Both the position numbers and the translations under genes were made by a program. A model generated the notes under the pieces. That model was not told the origin of the DNA. It was given only the letters and a program-made list of their open reading frames with translations, and did no database searches. Shown piece by piece: positions 1-9,700 of a stretch of 44,107 nt of DNA. Origin of the DNA: a virus (lineage: Duplodnaviria; Caudoviricetes); the IMG/VR virus record IMGVR_UViG_3300033565_000060, positions 1 through 44,107 of that record; one strand, given 5' to 3'. Position 1 is the first letter of the stretch; each line of letters opens with the position of its first letter.

Positions 1-160
1 CTGAAACGGTTTGGTGATTACTGTTTTTGAATTTCACGTAATATGCAGAGGGATTTTATTTGGAATGGTTTTAAATAAAGTGCTGCGTGGGTGGCTTTCG
101 TGTGTGGTAATTACGAATTGCTTTAACTTAGATGCATTAACCAATTAAAACTATACTATT

Positions 161-715
161 ATGAAAAGACTCTTAACAATTATCATCATCATGTTTGCCA
201 TTGATGCCAGCGCTCAAACATGGCCTATTGATAAAGAGACAAACAAGTTTACATTCACTGAAGTAATCAATGTTGATAGTGCAACAAAGAATGATCTGTA
301 CTTGCGTGCCAGGGAATGGTTTGCTAAGACTTATAACAACTCAAAGGAAGTTATTCAAGTTGATGACAAGGATGCCGGAAAAATATATGGTAGAGGTGCA
401 ATAAGTGTTTTTGTTACTCAAATTGGAATACCTCATGATAACGGATTAGTCTATTACGACATATCTATAAATGTGAAGGATGGTAGATATAAGTACACAT
501 TAACTAACTTCTACCATGATGCAACAACAGCAGAAAAAGGTGTAGGTTCAGGAGGAGCATTAGAGAATGAAAAGCCAGCGTGTGGTGGATGGGGTATGTT
601 TCAGAAATCATGGGATACAATCAAAAGTAAATCAAATGCTAAGACATTGCTAATTATAGATGATTTAAAACAATACATGGCTAAGGCAAAGCCATCTCCA
701 AAAGAAACCTGGTAG
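161..715 (+). CDS. Secreted DUF4468-like protein (moron)
   Basis: Sec signal ending ASA|Q; 'FTEVI.VDS..K.DLY.RA.EWF...Y....EVIQ.DD...G.I' and 'KDGRYKY' patterns recalled from DUF4468 proteins. Confidence 0.7.
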   Translation: MKRLLTIIIIMFAIDASAQTWPIDKETNKFTFTEVINVDSATKNDLYLRAREWFAKTYNNSKEVIQVDDKDAGKIYGRGAISVFVTQIGIPHDNGLVYYDISINVKDGRYKYTLTNFYHDATTAEKGVGSGGALENEKPACGGWGMFQKSWDTIKSKSNAKTLLIIDDLKQYMAKAKPSPKETW

Positions 716-778
716 TTAATTTTAATGATGCATAACTCTCACTTATTACAATCCCTCAAAATAAATTTTACGTTGATT

Positions 779-809
779 GTTGTATTTGCAATTTGTTGGC
801 ATATATTTG
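779..809 (+). promoter_or_regulatory. Bacteroidota housekeeping-type promoter of the antirepressor operon
   Basis: -7 element TATATTTG at 802-809; GTTG at 779-782, 19 nt upstream. Confidence 0.65.
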
Positions 810-858
810 CATCATCAAACAGGCACTAACCTGTTTGCTACGTCAATAAACCGCCACA

Positions 859-999
859 ATGATCACAAAACTCACATTAACCTTTATAGGGGAAACCCTC
901 GATCACGTTTGCCTGGCAACAGGCAGGAAGCCTTGGCGGGCTTCTGACGGCGGGATCGGGGGTTTTTCCATGGAGGAAAATCAATGCAACAAACAGTAA
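859..999 (+). CDS. Putative 46-aa leader ORF (icd/ash-like position) overlapping the antirepressor start
   Basis: Translated by hand (MITKLTLTFIGETLDH...NKQ*); runs through the structured leader and overlaps the ATG at 984. Confidence 0.35.
   Translation: MITKLTLTFIGETLDHVCLATGRKPWRASDGGIGGFSMEENQCNKQ
891..969 (+). ncRNA. C4-antisense-like structured RNA in the antirepressor leader
   Basis: Closing stem 891-904/954-969; GCAA-tetraloop hairpin 910-925; hairpin 927-944; exposed TGGCGG and TGACG complementary to upstream CCGCCA (851-856) and CGTCA (841-845). Confidence 0.55.
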
Positions 1000-1547
1000 C
1001 TACTGTTGCCCGTGTCAATGAAGTTGACATTCTGATTATCGACGGTGAAGAAAAACGAGTAGCCGTTAAACCAATTTGCGATGCGCTCGGCATCGACTAT
1101 TCAACCCAAGTTCAGCGCTTAAAATCCGACCCAATTTTGAGTTCAACTATGGGGCTCAGCCCCACAGTTGGAGCCGATGGAAAAGAGCGCGAAATGATCA
1201 CAATTCCGTTTAAATTTGTTTTTGGCTGGCTTTTTATGATTGACAGCCGCAACGTGAAACCCGAAGCCCGGGAATCGGTTTTAAAGTATCAACTACATTG
1301 TTACAATGCGCTGTACAATTCCCTGTTTCTGTATGTCGAGTTTGTTGAGCATCGTGCAAAACTGGTAGAAATTGAACTCGAAAAGTACGAAGAGGCAAGC
1401 GAAGGGTTTAAAAACGCCCGCTTCCTGATGAATGAAGCAAAATCAGATCTTAACCGTGCCCGACAGCTTACGTATGAAAAATATGTTGCTGAAAAGTTTC
1501 AGGCTGAGTTGCCATTTAACGATGGAAAGGAGGCCGAAAATGCCTGA
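984..1547 (+). CDS. Phage antirepressor (P22 Ant N-terminal domain)
   Basis: 'VAVKPICDALGID...Q..RLK.DPIL...ADGK.REM..IP...VFGWLF.I' signature. Confidence 0.85.
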   Translation: MQQTVTTVARVNEVDILIIDGEEKRVAVKPICDALGIDYSTQVQRLKSDPILSSTMGLSPTVGADGKEREMITIPFKFVFGWLFMIDSRNVKPEARESVLKYQLHCYNALYNSLFLYVEFVEHRAKLVEIELEKYEEASEGFKNARFLMNEAKSDLNRARQLTYEKYVAEKFQAELPFNDGKEAENA

Positions 1548-1713
1548 TAAAAACTCAAAACAACCCAAACAGCTTACCGGTAAAAGATTCACCAAAAACG
1601 ATATGATTTATTTTGGCGAAATGGTGGCCCACGAAGGTATACATGAAACTGATGTTGCTTTGTATTTCAACACCTTGTATAATGTGAACAGAAAGGAGGT
1701 TAGTAATGGCTGA
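1540..1713 (+). CDS. Hypothetical protein (start moved to ATG 1540)
   Basis: GAAAGGAGG upstream of ATG 1540; overlaps the antirepressor stop. Confidence 0.6.
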   Translation: MPDKNSKQPKQLTGKRFTKNDMIYFGEMVAHEGIHETDVALYFNTLYNVNRKEVSNG

Positions 1714-1957
1714 AGCAAAAAATATATTACACGTTGGAAATGTAGTTTTAACTGACGATTGTTTAAGCGCTCTTAAATCACTGCAGGAAGATTCCAATGA
1801 TTGCATTAATGAATTGGTAACATCATTGATGACAGCTATTGTTATGCTTACTATACCTCAGGATGATCTTGGGATGAAATTTGAAAATCGGAAAAAAACA
1901 ACTGTTTTACACATTTCAGAAACTATTGAATATCTGGAGAACTTAAAAACAAGCTGA
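1706..1957 (+). CDS. Hypothetical protein
   Basis: GAAAGGAGG upstream; coupled to the previous ORF; followed by a terminator. Confidence 0.65.
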   Translation: MAEAKNILHVGNVVLTDDCLSALKSLQEDSNDCINELVTSLMTAIVMLTIPQDDLGMKFENRKKTTVLHISETIEYLENLKTS

Positions 1958-2006
1958 ACAATAACCCAATAAGCTCGATCCTTCGGGATTTCCCCCTTGC
2001 TTATTT

Positions 2007-2034
2007 AAAAACCGCCTTCTCAGGCGGTTTTTTT
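2007..2034 (+). terminator. Rho-independent terminator
   Basis: AAAACCGCCT-tctc-AGGCGGTTTT followed by a T run. Confidence 0.8.
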
Positions 2035-2069
2035 GTCCTTTACTCACCCCGATGAGCAACTTAATTTAG
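2035..2069 (+). promoter_or_regulatory. Putative late promoter, copy 1
   Basis: GTCCTTT-N20-TAATTTAG. Confidence 0.65.
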
Positions 2070-2103
2070 CAATCACATTAATTATTAATCAATTTTAAAA
2101 ACA

Positions 2104-2577
2104 ATGAAAAAATTCTTTGCACTTTCGCTTATTGTGATAGGATTGGCGTTTCTTACGCCTCCTGTCAACGCGTCGACCCTTCCGCCTAACGACATGCTCA
2201 CTGTGAGTGCCAGCCAGCTGCAGCTGGATCCGATTGTTTTGAATTATGCTTTTGTTGAGCAAACCGTTTCTGCCGCCATCCTGCAACCTTTTTATGTATA
2301 CCAGGCACGAGCCGTTATGCCCGAAATTGTGCAACTGGGTAATTTGCCGAAACCTCCTGTTTTGTATAATATAACGGCAACCGGTTTAACAGCTCTTAAC
2401 CATTCTTTTGATAGATCGCGCATACCATACTTAACGTGCATCTATATAAGTAAACAGACTATGCCCTATTGTAATTATCGAATAAGTATGCGGCAGGTAG
2501 CGCGAAATGCAGTGATTTCCGAGAATGCCCATGCAAATCACAATTCATACAACCTGCATCAGATTGTGAGAGCATAA
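2104..2577 (+). CDS. Hypothetical protein with N-terminal signal peptide
   Basis: MKKFFALSLIVIGLAFL...VNA; stand-alone unit between two terminators. Confidence 0.6.
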   Translation: MKKFFALSLIVIGLAFLTPPVNASTLPPNDMLTVSASQLQLDPIVLNYAFVEQTVSAAILQPFYVYQARAVMPEIVQLGNLPKPPVLYNITATGLTALNHSFDRSRIPYLTCIYISKQTMPYCNYRISMRQVARNAVISENAHANHNSYNLHQIVRA

Positions 2578-2598
2578 AATAAATTCAACTATGATATT

Positions 2599-2626
2599 AA
2601 AGCCACGCCTCAAGGCGTGGCTTTTT
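2599..2626 (+). terminator. Rho-independent terminator
   Basis: AAAGCCACGCCT-ca-AGGCGTGGCTTT followed by TT. Confidence 0.8.
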
Positions 2627-2631
2627 CATTT

Positions 2632-2666
2632 GTCCTTTATTAGAACTACCACCAGGTGTATTATTG
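2632..2666 (+). promoter_or_regulatory. Putative late promoter, copy 2 (portal operon)
   Basis: GTCCTTT-N20-TATTATTG. Confidence 0.7.
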
Positions 2667-2681
2667 CTTAAAATATCTGCA

Positions 2682-2909
2682 ATGGCAATAGTACTAATGA
2701 ACACACTACACAAAATGGTCGAGCATGGCGAATTCTCGATGGTTTTTGTCGAAAAATCGGGTGCCCAGGTTTATGTAAAAAGGGCCATTTGCACCAACTG
2801 GCATTCACGGGGCCGGACAATGAATATAAAATTCCTCGAATCGGGTGAAATACGGACCGTGCGCCGTTGCACCATCATCGCATTTAATGACTTGGAGGTC
2901 TGTTTATGA
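2682..2909 (+). CDS. Small hypothetical protein preceding the portal (start moved to ATG 2682)
   Basis: ATGA overlap with the portal; 'RTMNIKFLESGEIRTVR' small beta protein. Confidence 0.7.
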   Translation: MAIVLMNTLHKMVEHGEFSMVFVEKSGAQVYVKRAICTNWHSRGRTMNIKFLESGEIRTVRRCTIIAFNDLEVCL

Positions 2910-4276
2910 GTGATATTATGGATATTGGCGGTATTACCGTGCTGCCCGAATACCAGGCCATATTTGCGCCTGATAAATCTGATATTTTCACAGTCCCTGA
3001 CAGCACAATAACTGTTGGTGAAAATATTTTTGTTCCATGGGGAGCGGATAATATGCTTCCTCAGGCGGTAATGGAGAAAATTGGCAAAAGTGAAGTAGTT
3101 GCTCAGAACCTTGATCATAATATCAAGCTTGCTTATGGCCAGGGACCGAAACCAATGATGCGCAGATACGAAGGCGACAAGGTGATATTGACCGAATGCC
3201 AGGACGAACGTGTCTTGAGTTTTTGGGAGGATAATGATATCCCAGGATACTTCCTGGAACAATGTATCGACATGAATGCATTTTACAATGTATTCCCGGA
3301 AATTATTCTTACAAAGGATATGTCGGAAGTTTTCTCCATCCGTCACAAAGAGGCTACCTTTAGCCGTTGGGCAGTTGCCGATAGAGTTACCGGTGCTATC
3401 ATTAAGCATGGATATTCGACTAAATGGGGCAATGGAGCAAACGAAAGTAATACCACTTTATCTAATGTTCTCGATCGTTATAATCCATACGGTGATATAA
3501 CCAACAGGGTTAAGAACCGTAGTGTAAAGATCGGGGAAGCCCGGTTTATCATTCCGATCAATTTCCCGACTGCTGGCCGTGTTTATTACCAGGAACCGCC
3601 ATTCTGGAGTATTTTCAAATCAGGATCATACGATTACAGTATGATGCTTTGGGAATTCAAAAAGCTGCTGATAAAACAAGGCATCGCCATCCGATACATC
3701 ATCTATATTTCGGATAAATATTGGGATCAGCTGTTCAAAGATGAAAAAGTTGATATCAATAACCCTGACGCTGTCAAAAAACGCAAGGAATTGGAAAAAC
3801 AAAAATTCCGCGACTTCCTTGCCAGCGAGAAAAATGCCGGTAAGGGTATTATGGCGCTTAAAAAGGTTATTCCTTCCGGGGCTAGTGCCATCGAAGAAAA
3901 ATACATCACCATCGAAGAGGTTCCTTCCAGTGTAAAGGGAGGCGAATTCCTTCAGGATAATTCCGAGGTAAGCAACTATATAAGTTATGCCATGGGTGTG
4001 TTTTCGAGTATTGTTGCAACTCAGCCAGGCAAAAATACAGGAAGCCTCAGCGGATCTGATGTTCGCGAAAAATATATGATAAAAGCGGCGATGATGGCGC
4101 CTGTACGCGACCGGCTTTTCAAACCTTTATACTTTATTAAAAAGTACAACAAGTGGCCGAAAGAGCTTGTATTTACCGTGCCCGATTACGAATTCACAAC
4201 ACTCGATACTAATAAATCCGGCAAACAGGTGAATACACCTGGAGCCGATAATAATCCTACCAATGCTAATCAGTGA
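2906..4276 (+). CDS. Portal protein
   Basis: 456 aa; 'VPWGADN.LP', 'YYQ.P.W', 'SGSD.RE' motifs recalled from Bacteroidota phage portals; heads the neck/tail operon. Confidence 0.75.
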   Translation: MSDIMDIGGITVLPEYQAIFAPDKSDIFTVPDSTITVGENIFVPWGADNMLPQAVMEKIGKSEVVAQNLDHNIKLAYGQGPKPMMRRYEGDKVILTECQDERVLSFWEDNDIPGYFLEQCIDMNAFYNVFPEIILTKDMSEVFSIRHKEATFSRWAVADRVTGAIIKHGYSTKWGNGANESNTTLSNVLDRYNPYGDITNRVKNRSVKIGEARFIIPINFPTAGRVYYQEPPFWSIFKSGSYDYSMMLWEFKKLLIKQGIAIRYIIYISDKYWDQLFKDEKVDINNPDAVKKRKELEKQKFRDFLASEKNAGKGIMALKKVIPSGASAIEEKYITIEEVPSSVKGGEFLQDNSEVSNYISYAMGVFSSIVATQPGKNTGSLSGSDVREKYMIKAAMMAPVRDRLFKPLYFIKKYNKWPKELVFTVPDYEFTTLDTNKSGKQVNTPGADNNPTNANQ

Positions 4277-5135
4277 TATTGATCTGCTAAAAAAATACAT
4301 CCCGACCGTAATGGCCGGCGACTTCGACCGGTATAATACATATCTGCAAACCGCTGATGAATACCTTATCCGTGAGCTGATCGGGCAAACCATTTACAAC
4401 CTAGTTAACGCACCTGATCCTCCGGCAGAAGATCCTCCGGTAGAAGATCAGCCGGAAATTGATACAAAATTTCGCGATTTATGCCGATGTGTAGTTGCAC
4501 ATAAAGGGTATATGGATGCTATCCCATTTCTCGACCTGGTGGAAACCGAAAATGGGTTTGCTGTTACCAGTAATCCCAATATGGCCCCGGCGTCACAGCA
4601 AAGAGTTGCAGCCCTGGTTAAAGGTGTTGAGCTGCGCTTAAGCGATGCAATTGAATTGCTTCTTGCCTACCTCGAGGAAAATACATCCTATTACGAATCA
4701 TGGAAAGATGCTAAAATATACACCGTTAATCACGACAGTTATATTTTCACGCTCACCCAGTTCAGGCGGTATGCACGTTACGATGCATCGCGAATGGAAT
4801 GGATTAAAGATATTTCGAAAGTTACCAGGGCAATAAGGTTGCTTATTGAGCCGGTGATCAGCGCCGAGCTTAGCAAAACTATTATTACAGAGCTGCAAGA
4901 TGATAATCTGAGCGAGGATAATAAAAAGATCATCGAGGATCTGCGATTCTGTCTGGCTGCATTTGTTACGGGCGATCAGGCAAATGGATTCAGTTTATTA
5001 TACCGAGTACGTAATTTCCTGCTGGCCAACGTGGAAAAATACGAGGCATTTAAAAATAGTGATGTATATGCTGCTTACCTGGCCGAAACTTCCGGTTTTT
5101 CAACCGATCAAACCATTGCAAGCTTCGGAATATGA
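4263..5135 (+). CDS. DUF6712-like virion protein (possible head-tail connector)
   Basis: 'AIPFLDLV.TENGFAVTSN.NMAPAS..RV' motif; follows the portal. Confidence 0.6.
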   Translation: MLISDIDLLKKYIPTVMAGDFDRYNTYLQTADEYLIRELIGQTIYNLVNAPDPPAEDPPVEDQPEIDTKFRDLCRCVVAHKGYMDAIPFLDLVETENGFAVTSNPNMAPASQQRVAALVKGVELRLSDAIELLLAYLEENTSYYESWKDAKIYTVNHDSYIFTLTQFRRYARYDASRMEWIKDISKVTRAIRLLIEPVISAELSKTIITELQDDNLSEDNKKIIEDLRFCLAAFVTGDQANGFSLLYRVRNFLLANVEKYEAFKNSDVYAAYLAETSGFSTDQTIASFGI

Positions 5136-5899
5136 CATCTCATCAAATACATATATCAGTACCTACCAAGTGGGAGGATCTTACTCAGAAGCAACTCGAA
5201 TATGTTGGACGTATGATGCTTTTGGATCTGCCTGATATGGAACTTATAAGCCGTTGTTTTCTTCGCTTTGCCGATATGAAAATACTCAGCAAGGATCCGG
5301 TTGATATCGACGGCGAACTGCATTATAAATTCAGCATGCAAGGCCAGGGCGAATTTGTGATTAGTGTTGATGTATTTACTGATATGCTTACCAGGCTCGG
5401 ATGGCTTACTGCTGAAGTTACCCTGTTTCATCATCCGGAACGGTTCGGACCGTTCATAGGATGCCATTGGAAACTTTACGGCGTTACCCTGGAAGAATAC
5501 CTGATAGCTGACCAGATGTATATTTCTTACATCCGCACCAGGGAAATTAAATATATCGACAACCTGATGGCCGTGCTTTACCGTAAACGTGATGAAGATT
5601 TTGCGGAAGGTGCAAATATTGAACGCAATGCCAAACGCCTAAGCCGGGCAACGCCTGCACAAAAACAGGTTATTGTGCTTTGGTACACTGCTATCAAGCT
5701 GTGGTTAAAAACCAAATATCCTTACCTGTTCAGCGACCAAGGTTCTGAGTCCGATGAATCACCGGTTGAATTTGTTATGGCCTTACAGTCTGCCCTCAAC
5801 GAAGGCGACGTTACTCATAATTCCCAAATCCGCAAAACAGATGTTCATGAAGTATTTTATGAGCTCAACCGAAAAATCGAACAATCTCAAAAGATATGA
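5132..5899 (+). CDS. Phage morphogenesis protein of unknown function
   Basis: 'P..WEDLT..QL' N-terminus; ATGA-coupled within the structural operon. Confidence 0.55.
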   Translation: MTSHQIHISVPTKWEDLTQKQLEYVGRMMLLDLPDMELISRCFLRFADMKILSKDPVDIDGELHYKFSMQGQGEFVISVDVFTDMLTRLGWLTAEVTLFHHPERFGPFIGCHWKLYGVTLEEYLIADQMYISYIRTREIKYIDNLMAVLYRKRDEDFAEGANIERNAKRLSRATPAQKQVIVLWYTAIKLWLKTKYPYLFSDQGSESDESPVEFVMALQSALNEGDVTHNSQIRKTDVHEVFYELNRKIEQSQKI

Positions 5900-6336
5900 C
5901 CATGTTTAACGCATTCGAATATTTTTCGGGCATTTATGCCGATAATAATATTGAAAAGATTTACAAAGCTTCGGGTATTTCGCAGATGGAAGGATTGCTG
6001 GCCGACCTCAAGGCTAAATACGAAAGCTGCCTGGTGGTTCGCGACTCGGGCGACGGTCATCTCAATTTCAGAGACCGCCGTTTGGATACAGGCTGGCATA
6101 CCATTTATGTGATGGTAAAAGGGAAATTCAACAGTCCTGATGATAACCTCACAGCCAAGCGCAATGCAATGCAGTTAGGCATAGGCCTGTTCGAACTTAT
6201 GAAACTGGATTCCGAGTACGAAGAGCAAGCCGCTTATGGCTTCGACGATAGCAAAATAGATTATGCCGAAATCGGCCCAATTGGTCAGAATTATTACGGT
6301 TATTCATTTTCGTTTTTAATGGAGCATGAGTTCTGA
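5896..6336 (+). CDS. Putative tail completion/terminator-like protein
   Basis: Size, position and C-terminal 'IGPIGQNYYGYSFSF' beta strand; function inferred from synteny only. Confidence 0.45.
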   Translation: MTMFNAFEYFSGIYADNNIEKIYKASGISQMEGLLADLKAKYESCLVVRDSGDGHLNFRDRRLDTGWHTIYVMVKGKFNSPDDNLTAKRNAMQLGIGLFELMKLDSEYEEQAAYGFDDSKIDYAEIGPIGQNYYGYSFSFLMEHEF

Positions 6337-6761
6337 TGAACAGCAATACTAATATTTCACTAACCGTTGAAGCCTGGGCCGATATCGTGATTAAAGAATG
6401 GATCAAGAAAGTCGAGGCGCTGAATATCGGCAATACCGGTCTTCTGGTTAACAGTTTTGTAAATACTATTTATACCGCTGCTAATGGAGATCCAGGACGG
6501 ATTGTATTTGCGTTCGAATATTATGGCCGTTTTGTCGATTATGGTGTTGGCCGATATGTGAGACTCGACGATCGGGATGGAATGATAGCAGCCGGGTTAA
6601 CCAGGCGCCGTCCGAAACAATTTTTCAGCGATACATTTTACAAACAACTCGAAATACTCAGGCATTTACTCGAAGAAAAATACCTCAAAAAACTGGATAG
6701 CCTGGTAGTAAGGAATTATAATGATAATGCCGATTACGGCTATAAAACTATCGATTTATGA
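6336..6761 (+). CDS. Putative neck/tail completion protein
   Basis: 'TG.L..S', 'F..YGRFVDYGVG', 'RRPKQFFS' motifs; immediately before the tape measure. Confidence 0.5.
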   Translation: MNSNTNISLTVEAWADIVIKEWIKKVEALNIGNTGLLVNSFVNTIYTAANGDPGRIVFAFEYYGRFVDYGVGRYVRLDDRDGMIAAGLTRRRPKQFFSDTFYKQLEILRHLLEEKYLKKLDSLVVRNYNDNADYGYKTIDL

Positions 6762-9700
6762 GCGGCAAACAAGCAAAATACGATGTCATTCTCAATACCG
6801 AACAGGCTAAAGCTGCGCTTAAAGAAGTTCAGCACGAACTTATCCAGGTTAAAACTCTTCGCGATAAAGCCGCTGCTGAAGGCGATGTAAAGGGTTTTAA
6901 TGTTCTGAATAACCAGTTTAAAAAACTTACTTCTGAGGCCGCTAAGCTCGAAAAACAAACTCATGAAGTTAATGACGTTCTAAAAAACCTTTCTTCTAGC
7001 TCGATACGTGAACTGGAAAGTGCACTCCAGAAAGCGAATAAGGAATGGAAGGCAATGAAACAAAACGATCCCGGATTTAAAGAAAAGCAGGGCCAGGTTC
7101 TTTTGCTTCGCCAGGAACTCGACAAAGCTACTGCCCAGGCAAAAGTGCATCAATCTTCAATGGGTAAGTTGGCCGACGGATTTAATAAATATTTTGCGCT
7201 GGCTACAGGTGCCGTTGCTGCAGTTACCGGTGTATTATTTTCTATTAAGGAAATGATTACCCGTAATGCAGAACTTTCAGACTCTATGGCTGATGTGGCT
7301 AAAAGTACCGGACTTTCAATGTCCGAAGTTAAGGATTTGAATGCCGAACTACGTAAAATTGATACCAGAACCAGCCGAAAGGAATTACTCGATCTGGCCT
7401 ATGTAGCCGGTAAACTTGGTTACAGTTCAAAAACTGATGTGCTTGGTTTTGTTCGTGCGTCCGACCAGATCGGTGTAGCCCTTAGCAAGGATTTGGGAGG
7501 TAATGTAGAAGATGCTGTTAATAGCCTGGGTAAGATAACCGATCTATTTAAAGTAAAAGGCGAATTCGGAATCGAACAGGCAATGCTGAAAACAGGATCA
7601 GCAATCAATGCCCTGGGAGCTGCCAGTACTGCAAGCGAATCGAACATTGTTGATTTCACTAAACGTTTGGGTGGCGTTGCTCCATTAGCGGGGATTTCCG
7701 TACAAAACATCATGGGTATGGCCGCAGCACTTGATCAGTTGGGACAGCAAACTGAAACTTCAAGTACTGCAATAAGTCAGTTGCTTACTAAGATGGCTAA
7801 AAAGCCAGGGGATTTTGCTAAAATTGCCGGTATTCAGGCTAGCGAATTCGCAAAATTATTAAAAACTGATGCCAATGAGGCGCTGATCATGTTTCTGGGT
7901 GGTCTTCAGAAAAATAAAGGCGGCCTAACCGAACTTGCTGAAAAGTTTTCTGATCTGGGCGTGGATGGATCCAGATCAATCGGGGTTATTGGAGCGCTGG
8001 CTAATAATATCGATATCCTCCGAAACTCACAAAAACTTAGTAATGTAGAATTTCAAAAAGGTACTTCCCTCTCTAATGAATTTAACATTAAGAACGATAA
8101 CATGGCCGCAAACCTGGCAAAAGTTGGCCGGGGCCTAATGGCGGCTTTTGTTAATAGTTCTGTTATGAGTGGGCTTGAAAAGATAGTAAAAGGAATGTCG
8201 GAGTGGTTTAAAATTCCACTTGCTCAAAAACTGGATGAGGAGCGGGCCAAAACTAATTTGCTTACAAATAAACTGCTTGAAGCAAACATTTCAGCAGCTA
8301 CCCGTAATAAACTATATTCCGAACTCAATGGCATTGCGCCAGATGTTCTTAAAGGAATTGACAAAGAAGCTATTGCATACGACAGGCTTCGCAAAAATCT
8401 GCAGGAATATAACGAACAAATGATCCGGAAAAAAGCAGTTGCAATGGCTGATGAAATAGTTTCGGATGATGCAGATAAAGCTGCACAATTTATGGTAAAG
8501 AAAACAGAACTCGAAGATAAGCTTCGAAATCTGATGATTGTAAATGTCAATCCGGTTAAAAATTTTAACGCTGAAATTGGCAAGTACCTGGATGATATAG
8601 TAAACAATTCGTACCTAACATTTGAGCAAAAATATAGGTTGTTTGTAAAAAAAGTCAGGGATAATTCACAAACCAGTCTGGGAGGATTACAAATGACAGT
8701 TGAAAATCAGATGTCGTACCTGTGGAATGAATATAATAAATATTCAGCTTTGGAAAAAGAAGCTACTGATAAAGTTAATAAAGCTACTGAGAAAAGAGAA
8801 TCTTTGGCTAAAGGACTTTCAACTGCTATAAACGATGTGACCAAGTCAGTTGAAGAAAACACAATTGCCAACCAAGCCAATAATCTGGGTAATAACGGAT
8901 CCGAATCAGTAAAAAAACTTGACGGAGCCTACGAGCAGCTAATCGCACGTATAAGCGAACTTGATAAGGAAATACTTAGAGCAATTGCATCGGGCAATTC
9001 GCCACTTGCCGAAAAACTTTCGATAGAGCGTAATGCAGCCGAATTGCTTAAAAAATCTATTGAAGAGGTAAAAAAAGCCCTCGATAATGGATGGGATATG
9101 AGTCAGCGCGATCAGGGCGAAATACAATCTTTAGTTTCGAAAGCAACATCCGGTGTTGTTAGTTCAAAAAAACCCGGGGAATCTCCCCTGGTTAAGCGCG
9201 ACAATACTACAAATAGACAGCCTGAAGAAAAAAAAGGCGGATGGGACGAGTTTACAACATCCGATAAGCTATCCATGGCCGTGGATAGCGCTCAGCAGGT
9301 AGCCGATTTCGAATTTCAAATACAGCGCGATAATAACCAGCGGATACTCGATGAGCAGATATCGTCACTTAATAAGCGACGTGATGTCGAACTTTCGAAC
9401 AAGAAACTTACTGAAGAACAAAAAAAGGCTATCAATGCTAAATATGATGCTCAGGAACGCGCTATAAAAAAGGAAGCATGGGAAAAGCAACATAAAGCCG
9501 ATATAACTCAAGCCTGGATTAACCTAGCGTTATCAGTAAGTAAAGCCGCGATTAATACCTGGCCTGTACCTGCAATTCCAATGATGGCAGCGGCTACTTT
9601 AGCGGGAGGGCTGCAGATCGACGCTATCACAAAGCAAAAAGCCCCCGAGTTCTACGAAGGTGGTTATACCGATCAGAATATGAACGACCGTAAACCCGTT

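Noticed and set aside
4416-4457. 15-bp tandem repeat in the DUF6712-like gene
   Set aside because: In-frame Pro/Asp/Glu linker expansion of under three copies; cannot cause phase variation
5132-6761. Tail assembly chaperone frameshift pair before the tape measure
   Set aside because: Genes are joined by ordinary start/stop overlaps and I found no convincing slippery site
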